Positions 31,134 through 40,968 of a DNA stretch of 64,000 bases are shown here, one piece after another. Each line of letters opens with the position of its first letter. The stretch's first letter is position 1. The position numbers and the translations under genes are program-made. The notes beneath the pieces were generated by a model. The model was not told the DNA's origin. It made no database searches and worked only from the letters and a program-made list of their open reading frames with translations. The DNA is from an uncultured Candidatus Rokubacteria bacterium (GTDB lineage Bacteria; Methylomirabilota; Methylomirabilia; Rokubacteriales; CSP1-6): the NCBI GenBank assembly GCA_963758635.1, contig CAVWWD010000006.1:352001-416000 (forward strand). Reading direction: 5' to 3'.

Positions 31134-31449
31134 CACGATCCCGGCATTTCGCTCCGAGGCCGAGGAACGTAGGTTCTGGGAGACTCACGACACCAGCCCG
31201 TTCGTCGATTGGACCAAGGCTCGCGTCGCCGTCTTTCCCAACTTGAAGCCATCCACGGAGACAATCTCCTTGCGGTTACCTGCCGCGCTCCTGGCGGAAC
31301 TGAAAGCGCTGGCCAATAGGCGCGACGTGCCATATCAGTCACTGCTGAAGGTATTTCTCGCGGAACGGATTGCCCGTGAGACGGCAGCGGTCAGCGCGCC
31401 GCCGAACAAGCGCATGCAGCCGACGGCGCGCCCTGCGCGCCGCAGCTAA
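31111..31449 (+). CDS. Cassette 4 BrnA/CopG-like antitoxin
   Basis: IPAFRSEAEERRFWETHD..ISLRLP..DVPYQSLLK; reads into attC4. Confidence 0.88.
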   Translation: MPKRRDRSTIPAFRSEAEERRFWETHDTSPFVDWTKARVAVFPNLKPSTETISLRLPAALLAELKALANRRDVPYQSLLKVFLAERIARETAAVSAPPNKRMQPTARPARRS

Positions 31450-31464
31450 TACGCCGCGTTCGGC
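31401..31464 (+). other. attC site 4 (64 bp)
   Basis: GCCGAAC AAGCGCATGCAGC...GCTAATACGCCGC GTTCGGC. Confidence 0.85.
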
Positions 31465-31598
31465 AAGACCCGGAAGGGGAACCGCTGGTTGCGGATGGCG
31501 CTGTCGCGGCGGCTTTTCCTGACGCCGCAACGGTCAACCGAGCACTGCGTGCCCTGCTGAACGCCGTACCATCTCAGCGGGCGCGGCGGCGTAGCGCT

Positions 31599-31643
31599 GA
31601 CTAACAACAGGCTGGAGCGGCCCGGCTCGACGCCGGCCGCTCA
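31599..31643 (+). other. Truncated attC site 5
   Basis: GACTAAC AACAGGCTGGAGCGGCCCGGC-TCGAC-GCCGGCCGCTCA; right arm interrupted by IS remnant. Confidence 0.65.
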
Positions 31644-31792
31644 ACACGATCCGCGTGCTCAGCGTCGCGCCCACGGGCTCCGCGACGAGGAGTACCTCCG
31701 GCTCAAGATTCTCCCCTGCATGCTGCCCGAGATCTGACCGTGCCATTGTCGCCACACGTCCCCGATTCACCCGCACGACTTCACGAAGAGCC
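31643..31792 (+). mobile_element. ISL3-family transposase 3' remnant with right terminal repeat
   Basis: NTIRVL/RRAHGLRDEEYLRLKILPCMLPEI*; ends CGAAGAGCC (reverse complement GGCTCTTCG, ISL3-type end). Confidence 0.72.
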
Positions 31793-31898
31793 CGTTCGGG
31801 AATGATCCGCGCCAGCGCGCACGGCGCGGGGGGACGGTCGTGACCGGGATGGCCCCGCCTCGTGGCATCATGGCGAGCTGGAGCGGGTCACCGAAGAC

Positions 31899-32708
31899 AT
31901 GCCGAGAGTCCGGGCGAGCGGGACCGACGTGAGCTACGAAGCCGCAGGCGGCGGGGCGCCCGTCGTGTGCCTCGTGCATGGCACCGGCGGCCGCGGCGGC
32001 GTCTGGATGAGACAGCTCGAGGGACTCGCCAACGTCGCCCGGGTCGTTGCGCCCGATCTGCCGGGCCATGGCCAGACGGGCGGCGCCCTCTGCCGGAGCA
32101 TCGCCGAGGCCACCGCGTTCGTCGCGAGGTTTCTCGACGCGCTCGGCGTCGATCGCGCCGTGATCGGCGGGCACTCGATGGGAGGCGCGATCGCCCAGGA
32201 GTTCGCGCTCACCCATCCCGGGCGCGTGCTCGGGCTGGCCCTGGTGGGCACCGGAGCGCGCCTGCGCGTGCTGCCGCGGCTGCTCGAGCTGCTCGACACT
32301 GACTACCCGGCGGGCGTCGACCTGCTCATGCAGATGGGCGTGGGGGCGGGCGCGGCGCCCGCCCTCCGCGCGATGCTCCATCACGAGACGGCGGCCAATC
32401 CGCAGGCGGTGGTGGTGGGCGACCTCCGTGCCTGCAACGTCTTCGACGCGCTCGAGCGTGTCGGGACGATCTCGGCGCCGACGCTCGCCATCTGCGGTGA
32501 GGAGGATCAGCTCACACCGCCGAAGTACTCGCGGTTCCTCGGGGAGCGGATCGCGGGGGCGCGGGTCGTGATCGTGCCCGGGTCCGGGCACTACGTGCAG
32601 GTCGAGCAGCCGGACGCCGTCACGACGGCGCTGCGTGAGCTCGTGACGTCGCTTCCGGCGCCGGCGCCTCCCCCCACGGCGGGAGGAGGTCGAGCTCGCG
32701 CAGGATGA
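31899..32708 (+). CDS. Alpha/beta fold hydrolase
   Basis: LVHG, DLPGHG, GHSMGG, GEED, SGH. Confidence 0.9.
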   Translation: MPRVRASGTDVSYEAAGGGAPVVCLVHGTGGRGGVWMRQLEGLANVARVVAPDLPGHGQTGGALCRSIAEATAFVARFLDALGVDRAVIGGHSMGGAIAQEFALTHPGRVLGLALVGTGARLRVLPRLLELLDTDYPAGVDLLMQMGVGAGAAPALRAMLHHETAANPQAVVVGDLRACNVFDALERVGTISAPTLAICGEEDQLTPPKYSRFLGERIAGARVVIVPGSGHYVQVEQPDAVTTALRELVTSLPAPAPPPTAGGGRARAG

Positions 32709-34741
32709 AGGCGTAGTCGAGCGCGATCTCCCGGAGGAAGTCGTAGCGGCCCGAGGCGCCGCCGTGCCCGGCGCCCATGTCGATCTTGAAGAGCACGGGC
32801 CGCGTGCCCGTCCCCGCCGCGCGGAGCTTCGCCACCCACTTCGCCGGCTCCCAGTACATCACCTGGCTGTCGTTGATCGCGGTGCGCACGAGCACGGCGG
32901 GGTAGGGCTGGGGGGCGATGTTCGTGTACGGGCAGTACGTCTTCATGTACGCGTAGAAGGCCGGCCGCTTCGGGTTCCCCCACTCCTCGAACTCGCCCAC
33001 CGTCAGCGGCAGCGACTCGTCGAGCATGGTGTTGATCACGTCCACGAACGGCACGCGCAGGACGGCGGCGCGGGCGAGGTCGGGCCGCATGTTCAGCACC
33101 GCGCCGATGAGGAGGCCGCCCGCGCTCCCGCCCTCGATGACCAGCCGATCGCGCGCGGTGTAGCCCTCCCGGACGAGGGAGTCGACGACCGCGACGAAGT
33201 CGGTGAAGGTGTTGCGCTTGTTGAGCATGCGCCCGGCGTCGTGCCAGCGCTTGCCCATCTCCCCGCCCCCGCGCACGTGGGCCACGGCCACCGCCACGCC
33301 GCGCTCGAGGAGGCTCAGGCGGTTCGACGAGAAGTACGGGCCGTACGGGATGCCGTACGCGCCGTAGCCGGCGAGGAGCATCGGGACCGAGCCGTCGCGC
33401 GGGGCGTCCTTGGCGCACACCAACGAGATGGGCACGAGGGTGCCGTCGGGCGCGGGGGCGTGCAGGCGCTCGGTTCGGTAGCGCGCCGGGTCGTACCCGC
33501 CGAGCACCTCGGTCTGCTTCAGCAGGACGAGCCGCCGCGCGCCGACCTCCCAGTCGAACACGGACGGCGGCGTGATCAGCGACTGGTAGCGGAAGCGGTA
33601 GGCCGCGGGGTCGAACTCCTCGTTGGGCTCGGACTCCACGTCGTAGGTCGGCTCGGGGAACTCCACGTGGTGCGCGCCGCCGCCCTCGAGGGGCACGACG
33701 TGCAGGCGCGTGAGGCCGCCCGCGCGCTCGTGGACCACGTAGAAGCGTGCGAAGACGTCGACGTCCTCGATCATGACGTCCTCGCGGTGGGGGATGAGCT
33801 CCTCCCACGCCGCGGGGCGCGGATCGGCGACGGGCACGCGCACGAGGCGGAAGTTCCGGAGGCCGGCGCCGTTCGTGCGGACGAAGAACGCGCCGGGGTC
33901 GCCGGGGCCGGAGGTCCAGTGATCGAACGTCGTACTCGTGATCGGCCTCGCGGGGCGAGAGCACCGTCCACGGCGCGTCGGGATCGCCCGCCGGCGCGTA
34001 GCGGAGCTCCGCGGAGGTGAAGCTCCGGGAGCCCGCGAACAGCAGCGCGCGGCTCCGCGTACGCCCCACGTACAGCCGGAACACCGGGTCGGTCTCCTCG
34101 TACACGGGCGCGTCGTCCGTTCGGCCGAGCCGGTGCCGCCAGAGGCGGTACGGGCGCTTCGCGGCGTCCTCGGTGACGTAGAAGAAGACCTCGGGGTCGG
34201 CCGACCAGGCCACGGACGCCACGTTGTCGATGCGGTCGGGCAGGAGCTCGCCGGTGCGCAAGTCCTTGACGTAGAGCGTGAACTCGCGGAACCCGGTCAC
34301 GTCGGTGGTGTAGGCGAGGCGGTGGCCGTCGTCGCTGACCGCGTACGCGCCGACGGCCAGGAACGGGTGGCCCTCGGCGAGGCGGTTCAGGTCGAGGGTG
34401 ATCTCCTCGGGCGCGTCCAGGCTCCCGGCGCGCCGGCAGAGGATCGAGTACTGCTTCCCCGTCTCGGTGCGCGAGTAGTAGAAGTAGCCGTCCTGCCGGT
34501 AGGGAACGGAGGAGTCGTCCTCCTTGATCCGGGCGAGCATCTCCCGGTAGAGGTCCTGCTGGAAATCCTCCGTTGCGTTCAGGACTTGCGCGGTATAGGC
34601 GTTCTCGGCCTGGAGGTGGGCGATGACCTCCGGATCGGTCTTGTCCCGGAGCCAGTGGTAGTCGTCCTCCCGCCGGTCGCCATGGACGACCTCGATCTTC
34701 GGGATCCGCTTGGCCACCGGGGGGCCCGGACGGTCGATCAC
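32620..34741 (-). CDS. ptrB: Oligopeptidase B, S9 family (frameshift near 33900)
   Basis: DDYHWLRD, GYGAYG, GGSAGG, VPFVDV, EWGNP, AGHGGASGR. Confidence 0.92.
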
Positions 34742-34806
34742 GCGCTCATCTCTCCAAGGTCCTCACCATACACCTCCCGGTACGCGTCGCGAGCCGGCGC
34801 GCCGGC

Positions 34807-35520
34807 TCAGCAGCCGAGCTGCCGCGCGAGGTCCTGGAAGTCGGTGGCCACCACGTCCCAGTCCTTCTCCGCGCGCAAATCGGTGGTCTGCTTCGGGCCG
34901 TGCTCGGTGGGCCGGCAGACGAAGGCGGTGCGGAGCCCGACCCCGCGCGCCGCCCCGAGATCGCCGTTGTGGGCGGCCACCATGAGGCACTGATCGGGAC
35001 GCAGGCCGAGGAAGTCGGCGGTGGCCAGGTAGCACTGCGGATCCGGCTTGTAGTGGCGCGCCGGCTCCGCGCCGAGGATGGCGTCCCACGGCAGGCCGGC
35101 CCGCTTCGCCATGTTCACCATGAGCGCCACGTTGCCGTTGGATAGCGTGGCCAGGACGAAGCGCGCGCGCAGGCGCGTGAGCCCGGCGACCGCCTCCGGC
35201 CACGGATCCAGGCGGTGCCACGCCCGGTTCACGTGGTCGAGGTCGGCGTCGGAAAGGCCGGCGATCCCGAACTCGGGCAGGAGCTTCTCGAGGCTCATCC
35301 GGTGCAGGTCGTCGAGACGCGTCCACGGCAGGTCGCCGCTGCGCACCCGCTGCATCGAGGGCTGGTAGAGCTTCCGCCACGCCACCGCGAACGCCGTCCA
35401 GTCCGCGGAGAGCCCGCGCTCCCGCCCGAAGGCCTCGAGGTCGCGCGCGATGCTGGTGCGCCAGTCCACGACCGTGCCGAACACGTCGAAGGTCAGGGCC
35501 TTGACCGATCCGATGTCCAT
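34807..35520 (-). CDS. Haloacid dehalogenase type II
   Basis: FDVFGTVVDWR, LSNGN, YKP, VAAHNGDL. Confidence 0.92.
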   Translation of the reverse strand: MDIGSVKALTFDVFGTVVDWRTSIARDLEAFGRERGLSADWTAFAVAWRKLYQPSMQRVRSGDLPWTRLDDLHRMSLEKLLPEFGIAGLSDADLDHVNRAWHRLDPWPEAVAGLTRLRARFVLATLSNGNVALMVNMAKRAGLPWDAILGAEPARHYKPDPQCYLATADFLGLRPDQCLMVAAHNGDLGAARGVGLRTAFVCRPTEHGPKQTTDLRAEKDWDVVATDFQDLARQLGC

Positions 35521-35921
35521 CCCGCCCCCTCTCCCACCGCGGGTCGTACGGCCGCGCCGCGCGGCTCGGGTCCCCGCCGGGCCCCCACAGTACCACCGGA
35601 GGCCGTCCGGCCTTGGAGGTAGACTGCGCCTATGACCGGCGGCCGACTCCGGACCGCCTGGGGCCAGGCGTGTCGAGACGTCCGGCACGCGGGAGCGCTG
35701 TTCCTCGCCCGACGGCTCGCCCGGAGGGCGCTCGCCCCCGCCTGCGCCTGGCGGACGCTCTGCTTCTACGAGCGCGACCTCTCGGCTCCCCTCCCGGCCT
35801 TCCAGGCCAGGATCCCCGTCGACGCGTCGCTCTTCTGAGGAGGACGGCCACCGGGCACGAGGACGATGATGTAGTATTTTCGGGAAGATGAGATAGATCG
35901 ACGACCCCCGAAAGGAACCCC

Positions 35922-37145
35922 ATGGCTCACCGCGGGATGAAGTTCGGCATCTTCCTCGCTCCCTTCCACCGTGTCGGCGAGAACCCGACGCTCGCCATCG
36001 GGCGGGACATGGAGCTGATCGAGTGGCTCGATCACCTGGGCTACGACGAGGCGTGGATCGGCGAGCACCACTCGGCGGGCTGGGAGCTGATCGCCTCGCC
36101 GGAGGTCTTCATCGGCGCGGCCATCGAGCGCACCCGCCACATCAACCTGGGGTCCGGCGTCACGAGCCTGCCGTACCATCACCCGCTCATGGTCGCCAAC
36201 CGGTTCGTGCAGCTCGACCACATGAGCCGCGGGCGGACGATGCTCGGCGTGGGGCCGGGCGCGCTCGTCTCCGACGCGTACATGATGGGCATCGAGCCCG
36301 TGACCCAGCGCCAGCGCATGGACGAGGCGCTCACCGCCATCATGGACCTGCTCCGCTGCGAGGAGCCGGTGACCATGAAGACGGACTGGTTCGAGCTGCG
36401 GCAGGCGCGCCTGCACCTGGCGCCCTACACCGCCCCGCACTTCCCCATCGCGGTGGCCAGCGTGCTGACGCCGGCGGGCATGATCTCGGCGGGCAAGTAC
36501 GGGCTCGGCGTGCTCTCGCTCGGCGCCGGCCTGCCCGGCGGGCCCGAGGCGCTGGCCGAGCACTGGAAGATCGCCGAGGACACCGCCGCCGCCCACGGCA
36601 CCGCCATGGACCGCCGTGACTGGCGCCTCGTCGTCAACGTGCACCTCGCCGAGGACGACGCGCTCGCCCTCCGCCAGGTTCACGCGAGCGAGCGGCACGA
36701 GACCGTGACGTACTTCGAGGAGACGCTCGGGCGGCCCCCCGGCCGGTCGGACGATCCGCTGCGCGACGGCATCAGGATGGGCACCACGCTGGTGGGAACG
36801 CCGGAGACGGCGATCAAGGGCATCCAGCGCCTCCAGGAGCTCTCGCGCGGCGGCTTCGGCGGCCTCCTGTTCCGGGCCCACGAGTGGGCCACGCGCGAGG
36901 AGACGCTCAAGAGCTACGAGCTGTTCGCGCGCTACGTCATGCCGCGCTTCCAGGGCTCGCTCGACACCATCGCGGACTCCAACGAGTGGTGCCGCGACAA
37001 CCGCCGCACGATCTTCGGCCCCAACGTGCAGGCCATCCAGAAGGCGTTCACGGACGCGGGGCGCGAGGTGCCGACGGAGTTCATCATGACGCGCACCAGC
37101 GGCGCGCGCGACTCCGTCCCGACGCCCCGCCCGACTGTTCCCTGA
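35922..37145 (+). CDS. LLM-class flavin-dependent oxidoreductase (limonene monooxygenase-like)
   Basis: FGIFLAPFH, WIGEHHS, SLPYHHP, GVGPGAL. Confidence 0.9.
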   Translation: MAHRGMKFGIFLAPFHRVGENPTLAIGRDMELIEWLDHLGYDEAWIGEHHSAGWELIASPEVFIGAAIERTRHINLGSGVTSLPYHHPLMVANRFVQLDHMSRGRTMLGVGPGALVSDAYMMGIEPVTQRQRMDEALTAIMDLLRCEEPVTMKTDWFELRQARLHLAPYTAPHFPIAVASVLTPAGMISAGKYGLGVLSLGAGLPGGPEALAEHWKIAEDTAAAHGTAMDRRDWRLVVNVHLAEDDALALRQVHASERHETVTYFEETLGRPPGRSDDPLRDGIRMGTTLVGTPETAIKGIQRLQELSRGGFGGLLFRAHEWATREETLKSYELFARYVMPRFQGSLDTIADSNEWCRDNRRTIFGPNVQAIQKAFTDAGREVPTEFIMTRTSGARDSVPTPRPTVP

Positions 37146-37243
37146 CCCGGCCGCGCCGTGGGAGCGCGGCGCCCGGCGTTCGCTGCTCGAGGCGTGGATG
37201 AACCGGTTCGCCGAGGTCGGCGACGACACCGAGGGAGGACGGC

Positions 37244-38770
37244 ATGGCCATCGCGACTGAGCACTATCGTGCGTACGTTCCCCGGCCCTTCACCGCCGCG
37301 GAGCGCGACACGACGACGATCCTGTTCGGCGGGCTCCACTGGCGCATCGAGCGCATCCTCCAGGCCGTGCTCGAGGCCAAGGGCCTGCGCGCGCAGGTGC
37401 TGCCCGTCGCCACCAAGGAGGATCTGCTCACCGGCCGCGAGGTCGCGGACATCGGCCAGTGCTGCCCGACCAGCTTCACGACGGGGAACCTGGTCAACTT
37501 CCTCAAGAAGGAAGCGAAGCAGATCGGGGCGGAGGAGGTCTCGAAGAAGTTCGTGTACCTCACCGCGGGCTCCTGCGGCGCCTGCCGCTTCGGCCAGTAC
37601 CACCAGAGCTACGAGCTGGCGCTGCGCAACTCGGGGCTCGGCGCGTTCCGGATGTTCCTGATGGCCCAGGACCAGATGGACCAGAAGGACCAGATGGGCG
37701 ACGGCCTCGACCTGGACCTGCCGATGACGCTCGGGTGCCTCTGGGGCATCTTCTGCACCGATCTCGTGCAGGACCTGGAGTACCAGGTGCGCCCCTACGA
37801 GGTGACGCCGGGGCAGACCGACGCGGTGGTGAAGGACTGCGTGGAGTACCTCTACGAGCTCTTCCGCGCGCGTCCCCGCTACGGCACGTGGCGCTCGCTC
37901 GGCTGGCACCTCACCACGCGCTACTTCACGCGCGCGATGCGGGAGATCCGGCGCCGGTTCGACGCGATCGAGGTGGATCGGCTGCGCGTGAAGCCCACGG
38001 TCAAGATCACCGGCGAGTTCTACCTGCAGACGGTGGAGGGCGATCCCAACTACAACATCCATCGCTGGCTCGAGGCCGAGGGCGCGGAGGTCTATCCCGC
38101 GGCCATCACGGTGTGGATGGACTACCTGCTGCGCCTCGGGCTCCAGCGCTTCGAGGACTACTCGGGCATCGAGAAGGGCGCGCGGTGGAAGCTGAGGGCG
38201 GGCCGCGCCGCCCAGGCCATCTACCGCTGGACCTACGCGCGCCTGCGCCGCGCCATGGGCGACCTGCCCCACGAGCTGCCGCACCAGCTCGAGCTCCGGC
38301 GGCTCGCCGCGCCGTGGTTCAACAGCCGCCTCGACGGCGGCGAGGGCGACATGCTGGTGGGCAAGGCCCTGTGGGCGCACCACCGGAAGAAGGCCCACAT
38401 GATCTGCGAGCTGTCGCCCTACTCGTGCATGCCCAACACGATGAGCGTGGGCGCGATGGCCGGCGTCATCGGCCGCCACCCCGACCTCCTCTACGCCCCC
38501 CTCGAGATCAAGGGCGACGCCGAGGTCCACGCCCTGTCGCGCTGCCAGATGATCCTCACCGAGGCGAAGAAGCGCGCCCAGCGCGAGTTCGACGACGTCC
38601 TCGCCCGGACCGGCCTCACCGTGGACGAGGTCCGCGACTACGCGGAGCGCCATCCCGAGATGAAGCGCGCGACCTACCACGTGCCGCACACCGGCGAGGC
38701 CGCCGGCACCGCGGCCTGCTTCGTGCTCCACGTGGCGCGGCGCATGGGCCGCCGCGCGGCCGCGGCATGA
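37244..38770 (+). CDS. 2-hydroxyacyl-CoA dehydratase activase-associated protein
   Basis: GQCCPT, SCGACRFGQY, ITGEFY, PYSCMPN Cys motifs. Confidence 0.78.
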   Translation: MAIATEHYRAYVPRPFTAAERDTTTILFGGLHWRIERILQAVLEAKGLRAQVLPVATKEDLLTGREVADIGQCCPTSFTTGNLVNFLKKEAKQIGAEEVSKKFVYLTAGSCGACRFGQYHQSYELALRNSGLGAFRMFLMAQDQMDQKDQMGDGLDLDLPMTLGCLWGIFCTDLVQDLEYQVRPYEVTPGQTDAVVKDCVEYLYELFRARPRYGTWRSLGWHLTTRYFTRAMREIRRRFDAIEVDRLRVKPTVKITGEFYLQTVEGDPNYNIHRWLEAEGAEVYPAAITVWMDYLLRLGLQRFEDYSGIEKGARWKLRAGRAAQAIYRWTYARLRRAMGDLPHELPHQLELRRLAAPWFNSRLDGGEGDMLVGKALWAHHRKKAHMICELSPYSCMPNTMSVGAMAGVIGRHPDLLYAPLEIKGDAEVHALSRCQMILTEAKKRAQREFDDVLARTGLTVDEVRDYAERHPEMKRATYHVPHTGEAAGTAACFVLHVARRMGRRAAAA

Positions 38771-40968
38771 AGCTGGTCGGCGTCAACGTCGGGTCCACCA
38801 CGGTCAAGGCGGCGGTGGTGGAGGACGGCCGCGCGGGCTGGCAGGACTACCAGCGCCACGGGACGCGGCAGGCCGAGAAGGTCCTGGAGTTCCTCGACCG
38901 CATGGAGGCGGAGGCCGGCCTCACCCCCGGGCGCGACCGCGTCTTCTTCACCGGCTCCGGCGCGGGGCTCATCGCGCCCCTCGTGGGCGCGAAGGCCATC
39001 CAGGAGGTCGTGGCGGTGGCGGCGTGCGTGGAGCGCCTCCATCCCGGCGTGCGCTTCGTCTCCGAGATCGGCGGCGAGGACATGAAGACGATCTTCTTCA
39101 CGCCGGCCGGGACGGGCACCGGGGATACGGGGAAGTCCAAGCAGGTCTACATGCAGTCGGCGTGCAGCGGCGGCACCGGCACCTTCATCGAGAAGACGGC
39201 GCGCAAGCTCCAGGTGACGGGCGAGCAGCTCGCGGCCATGGCCTACGCGGGCATGAGCCTCCACAAGATCAGCTCCAAGTGCGGCATCTTCGCGGAGACC
39301 GACGCGAACACGCTGGTGAAGACCGGCGTGCCCGTCGAGGAGATCATCGCGAGCCTCTTCGAGGCCGTCGTCTACCAGAACCTCGCCACGCTCACCAAGG
39401 GCAACACGCCGCTCCCCGAGGTGCTGCTCCTCGGCGGGCCCAACCTGTTCTTCGCCGGGCTCCAGGAGGCGTGGCGCCACCACCTGACGAAGCTCTGGGC
39501 CCAGCGCCGCGTCGAGCTGCCCGAGGGGCGCGACCCGGCCTCGCTGATCACCGTGCCCGCCGAGGCGCTCTACTACGCCTGCCTCGGCTGCGTGGAGATC
39601 GGGGGCGCCGAGGCCGCGGACGTCGGCGTGTACCAGGGGCGCGACCGGCTCCGCTGGTGGATCGACGAGGGCCAGCACGAGGAGAAGGCCAAGGCGGGCG
39701 CGCGCGGCCTGATCGCGGGATCGGGCGACCTCCGCGTGTTCACCGAGGCGTACGCGCAGCCGGCCGCGGGCGCCGGGGCCGCCGCGGCGTGCTCGCCGGC
39801 GCAGGCCACCCAGGTGCTCCTGGGCTGCGACTTCGGCAGCACCACCGCCAAGGCCGTGGTGCTCTCGCCGGAGCGCGATCTCCTCTTCAGCTGCTACGCG
39901 CTCTCGAAGGGCAACCCCATCGAGGACGCGCAGGCCCTCTTCCGCCAGGTGCGCGAGGCCGGCTTCACCGACGTGGCCGGGCTGGCCCTCACCGGCTACG
40001 GCAAGGACCTGCTGCGCGACGTGCTCGGCGCCGACGTGGCGGTGGTGGAGACGGTGGCCCACGCCACCGCCGCCCTCCACTACTACTCGGACGCCGACGT
40101 GATCTGCGACGTGGGCGGCACCGACGTGAAGATCATGATCCTGCGGCAGGGCACGGTGGCCGACTTCCGGCTGAACTCGCAGTGCTCGTCGGGCAACGGC
40201 GCGTTCCTCCAGGGCGTGGCCGAGCGCTACAACGTGCCGCTCGAGCAGTACGCGGATCGCGCCTTCGAGGCCAAGGCCATGCCCGCGCTCGCCATGGGCT
40301 GCGGCGTGTTCCTCCAGTCCGACATCGTGAACCAGCAGCGCAAGGGCTGGTCGGCCGAGGAGATCATGGCCGCGCTCGCCGCCGTGCTGCCCGTCAACGT
40401 GTGGATCTACGCCGGCCAGCTCCAGAACCTGCGCGCGGCGGGGCGGAAGTTCGTGCTCCAGGGCGGCACGCACCGGAACATGGCGGTGGTGAAGGCGCAG
40501 GTGGACTTCATCAAGGGCAAGGTCCCCGAGGCGGAGGTGGTGCTGCACCCGTACTCCGGCGAGGCGGGGGCCATCGGCGCCGCGCTCTGCGCGGCCGACT
40601 GGCGCGCCGCGGGCGGCGACACGCGCTTTCGCGGCTTCGACACCATCGAGGCGCTCACCTACACGAGCACGACGGCGGCGGAGACGGTCTGCAAGTGGTG
40701 CCCGATCAACTGCACGCGCACGTTCATCGACGTGAAGCTGCCGGGCGCGGCGGGGCGGCCGTGGAGCAAGCTGCCGCTCGCCCCCGGCCACGAGCGGGTG
40801 ATCAGCGGCAACTCGTGCCCCAAGGGGCTGGTGGAGGACGTGACCGAGCTGCGCGTGGTGAAGGCCAAGCTCGAGGAGGTCAAGCGTGGCTACCCTAACG
40901 TTGCCGAGATGGTTCGCAAGGACGCCTTCCGCCTCGTCCCCGCCGGAAACGAGGTCGTCGCGGAGTAA
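38767..40968 (+). CDS. BadF/BadG/BcrA/BcrD-type acyl-CoA dehydratase activase with two ASKHA ATPase domains
   Basis: GSTTVK/GSTTAK, EIGGEDMK/DVGGTDVK, CSGGTG/CSSGNG, CKWCPINC. Confidence 0.88.
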   Translation: MKLVGVNVGSTTVKAAVVEDGRAGWQDYQRHGTRQAEKVLEFLDRMEAEAGLTPGRDRVFFTGSGAGLIAPLVGAKAIQEVVAVAACVERLHPGVRFVSEIGGEDMKTIFFTPAGTGTGDTGKSKQVYMQSACSGGTGTFIEKTARKLQVTGEQLAAMAYAGMSLHKISSKCGIFAETDANTLVKTGVPVEEIIASLFEAVVYQNLATLTKGNTPLPEVLLLGGPNLFFAGLQEAWRHHLTKLWAQRRVELPEGRDPASLITVPAEALYYACLGCVEIGGAEAADVGVYQGRDRLRWWIDEGQHEEKAKAGARGLIAGSGDLRVFTEAYAQPAAGAGAAAACSPAQATQVLLGCDFGSTTAKAVVLSPERDLLFSCYALSKGNPIEDAQALFRQVREAGFTDVAGLALTGYGKDLLRDVLGADVAVVETVAHATAALHYYSDADVICDVGGTDVKIMILRQGTVADFRLNSQCSSGNGAFLQGVAERYNVPLEQYADRAFEAKAMPALAMGCGVFLQSDIVNQQRKGWSAEEIMAALAAVLPVNVWIYAGQLQNLRAAGRKFVLQGGTHRNMAVVKAQVDFIKGKVPEAEVVLHPYSGEAGAIGAALCAADWRAAGGDTRFRGFDTIEALTYTSTTAAETVCKWCPINCTRTFIDVKLPGAAGRPWSKLPLAPGHERVISGNSCPKGLVEDVTELRVVKAKLEEVKRGYPNVAEMVRKDAFRLVPAGNEVVAE

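Noticed and set aside
29296..31464. Regularly spaced palindromes as terminators or CRISPR repeats
   Set aside because: AAC/GTT boxes, gene-sized spacing and an adjacent intI identify them as attC sites
35632..35838. 68-aa ORF between HAD and LLM genes
   Set aside because: Has a plausible RBS but no recognisable motif; may be a truncated gene
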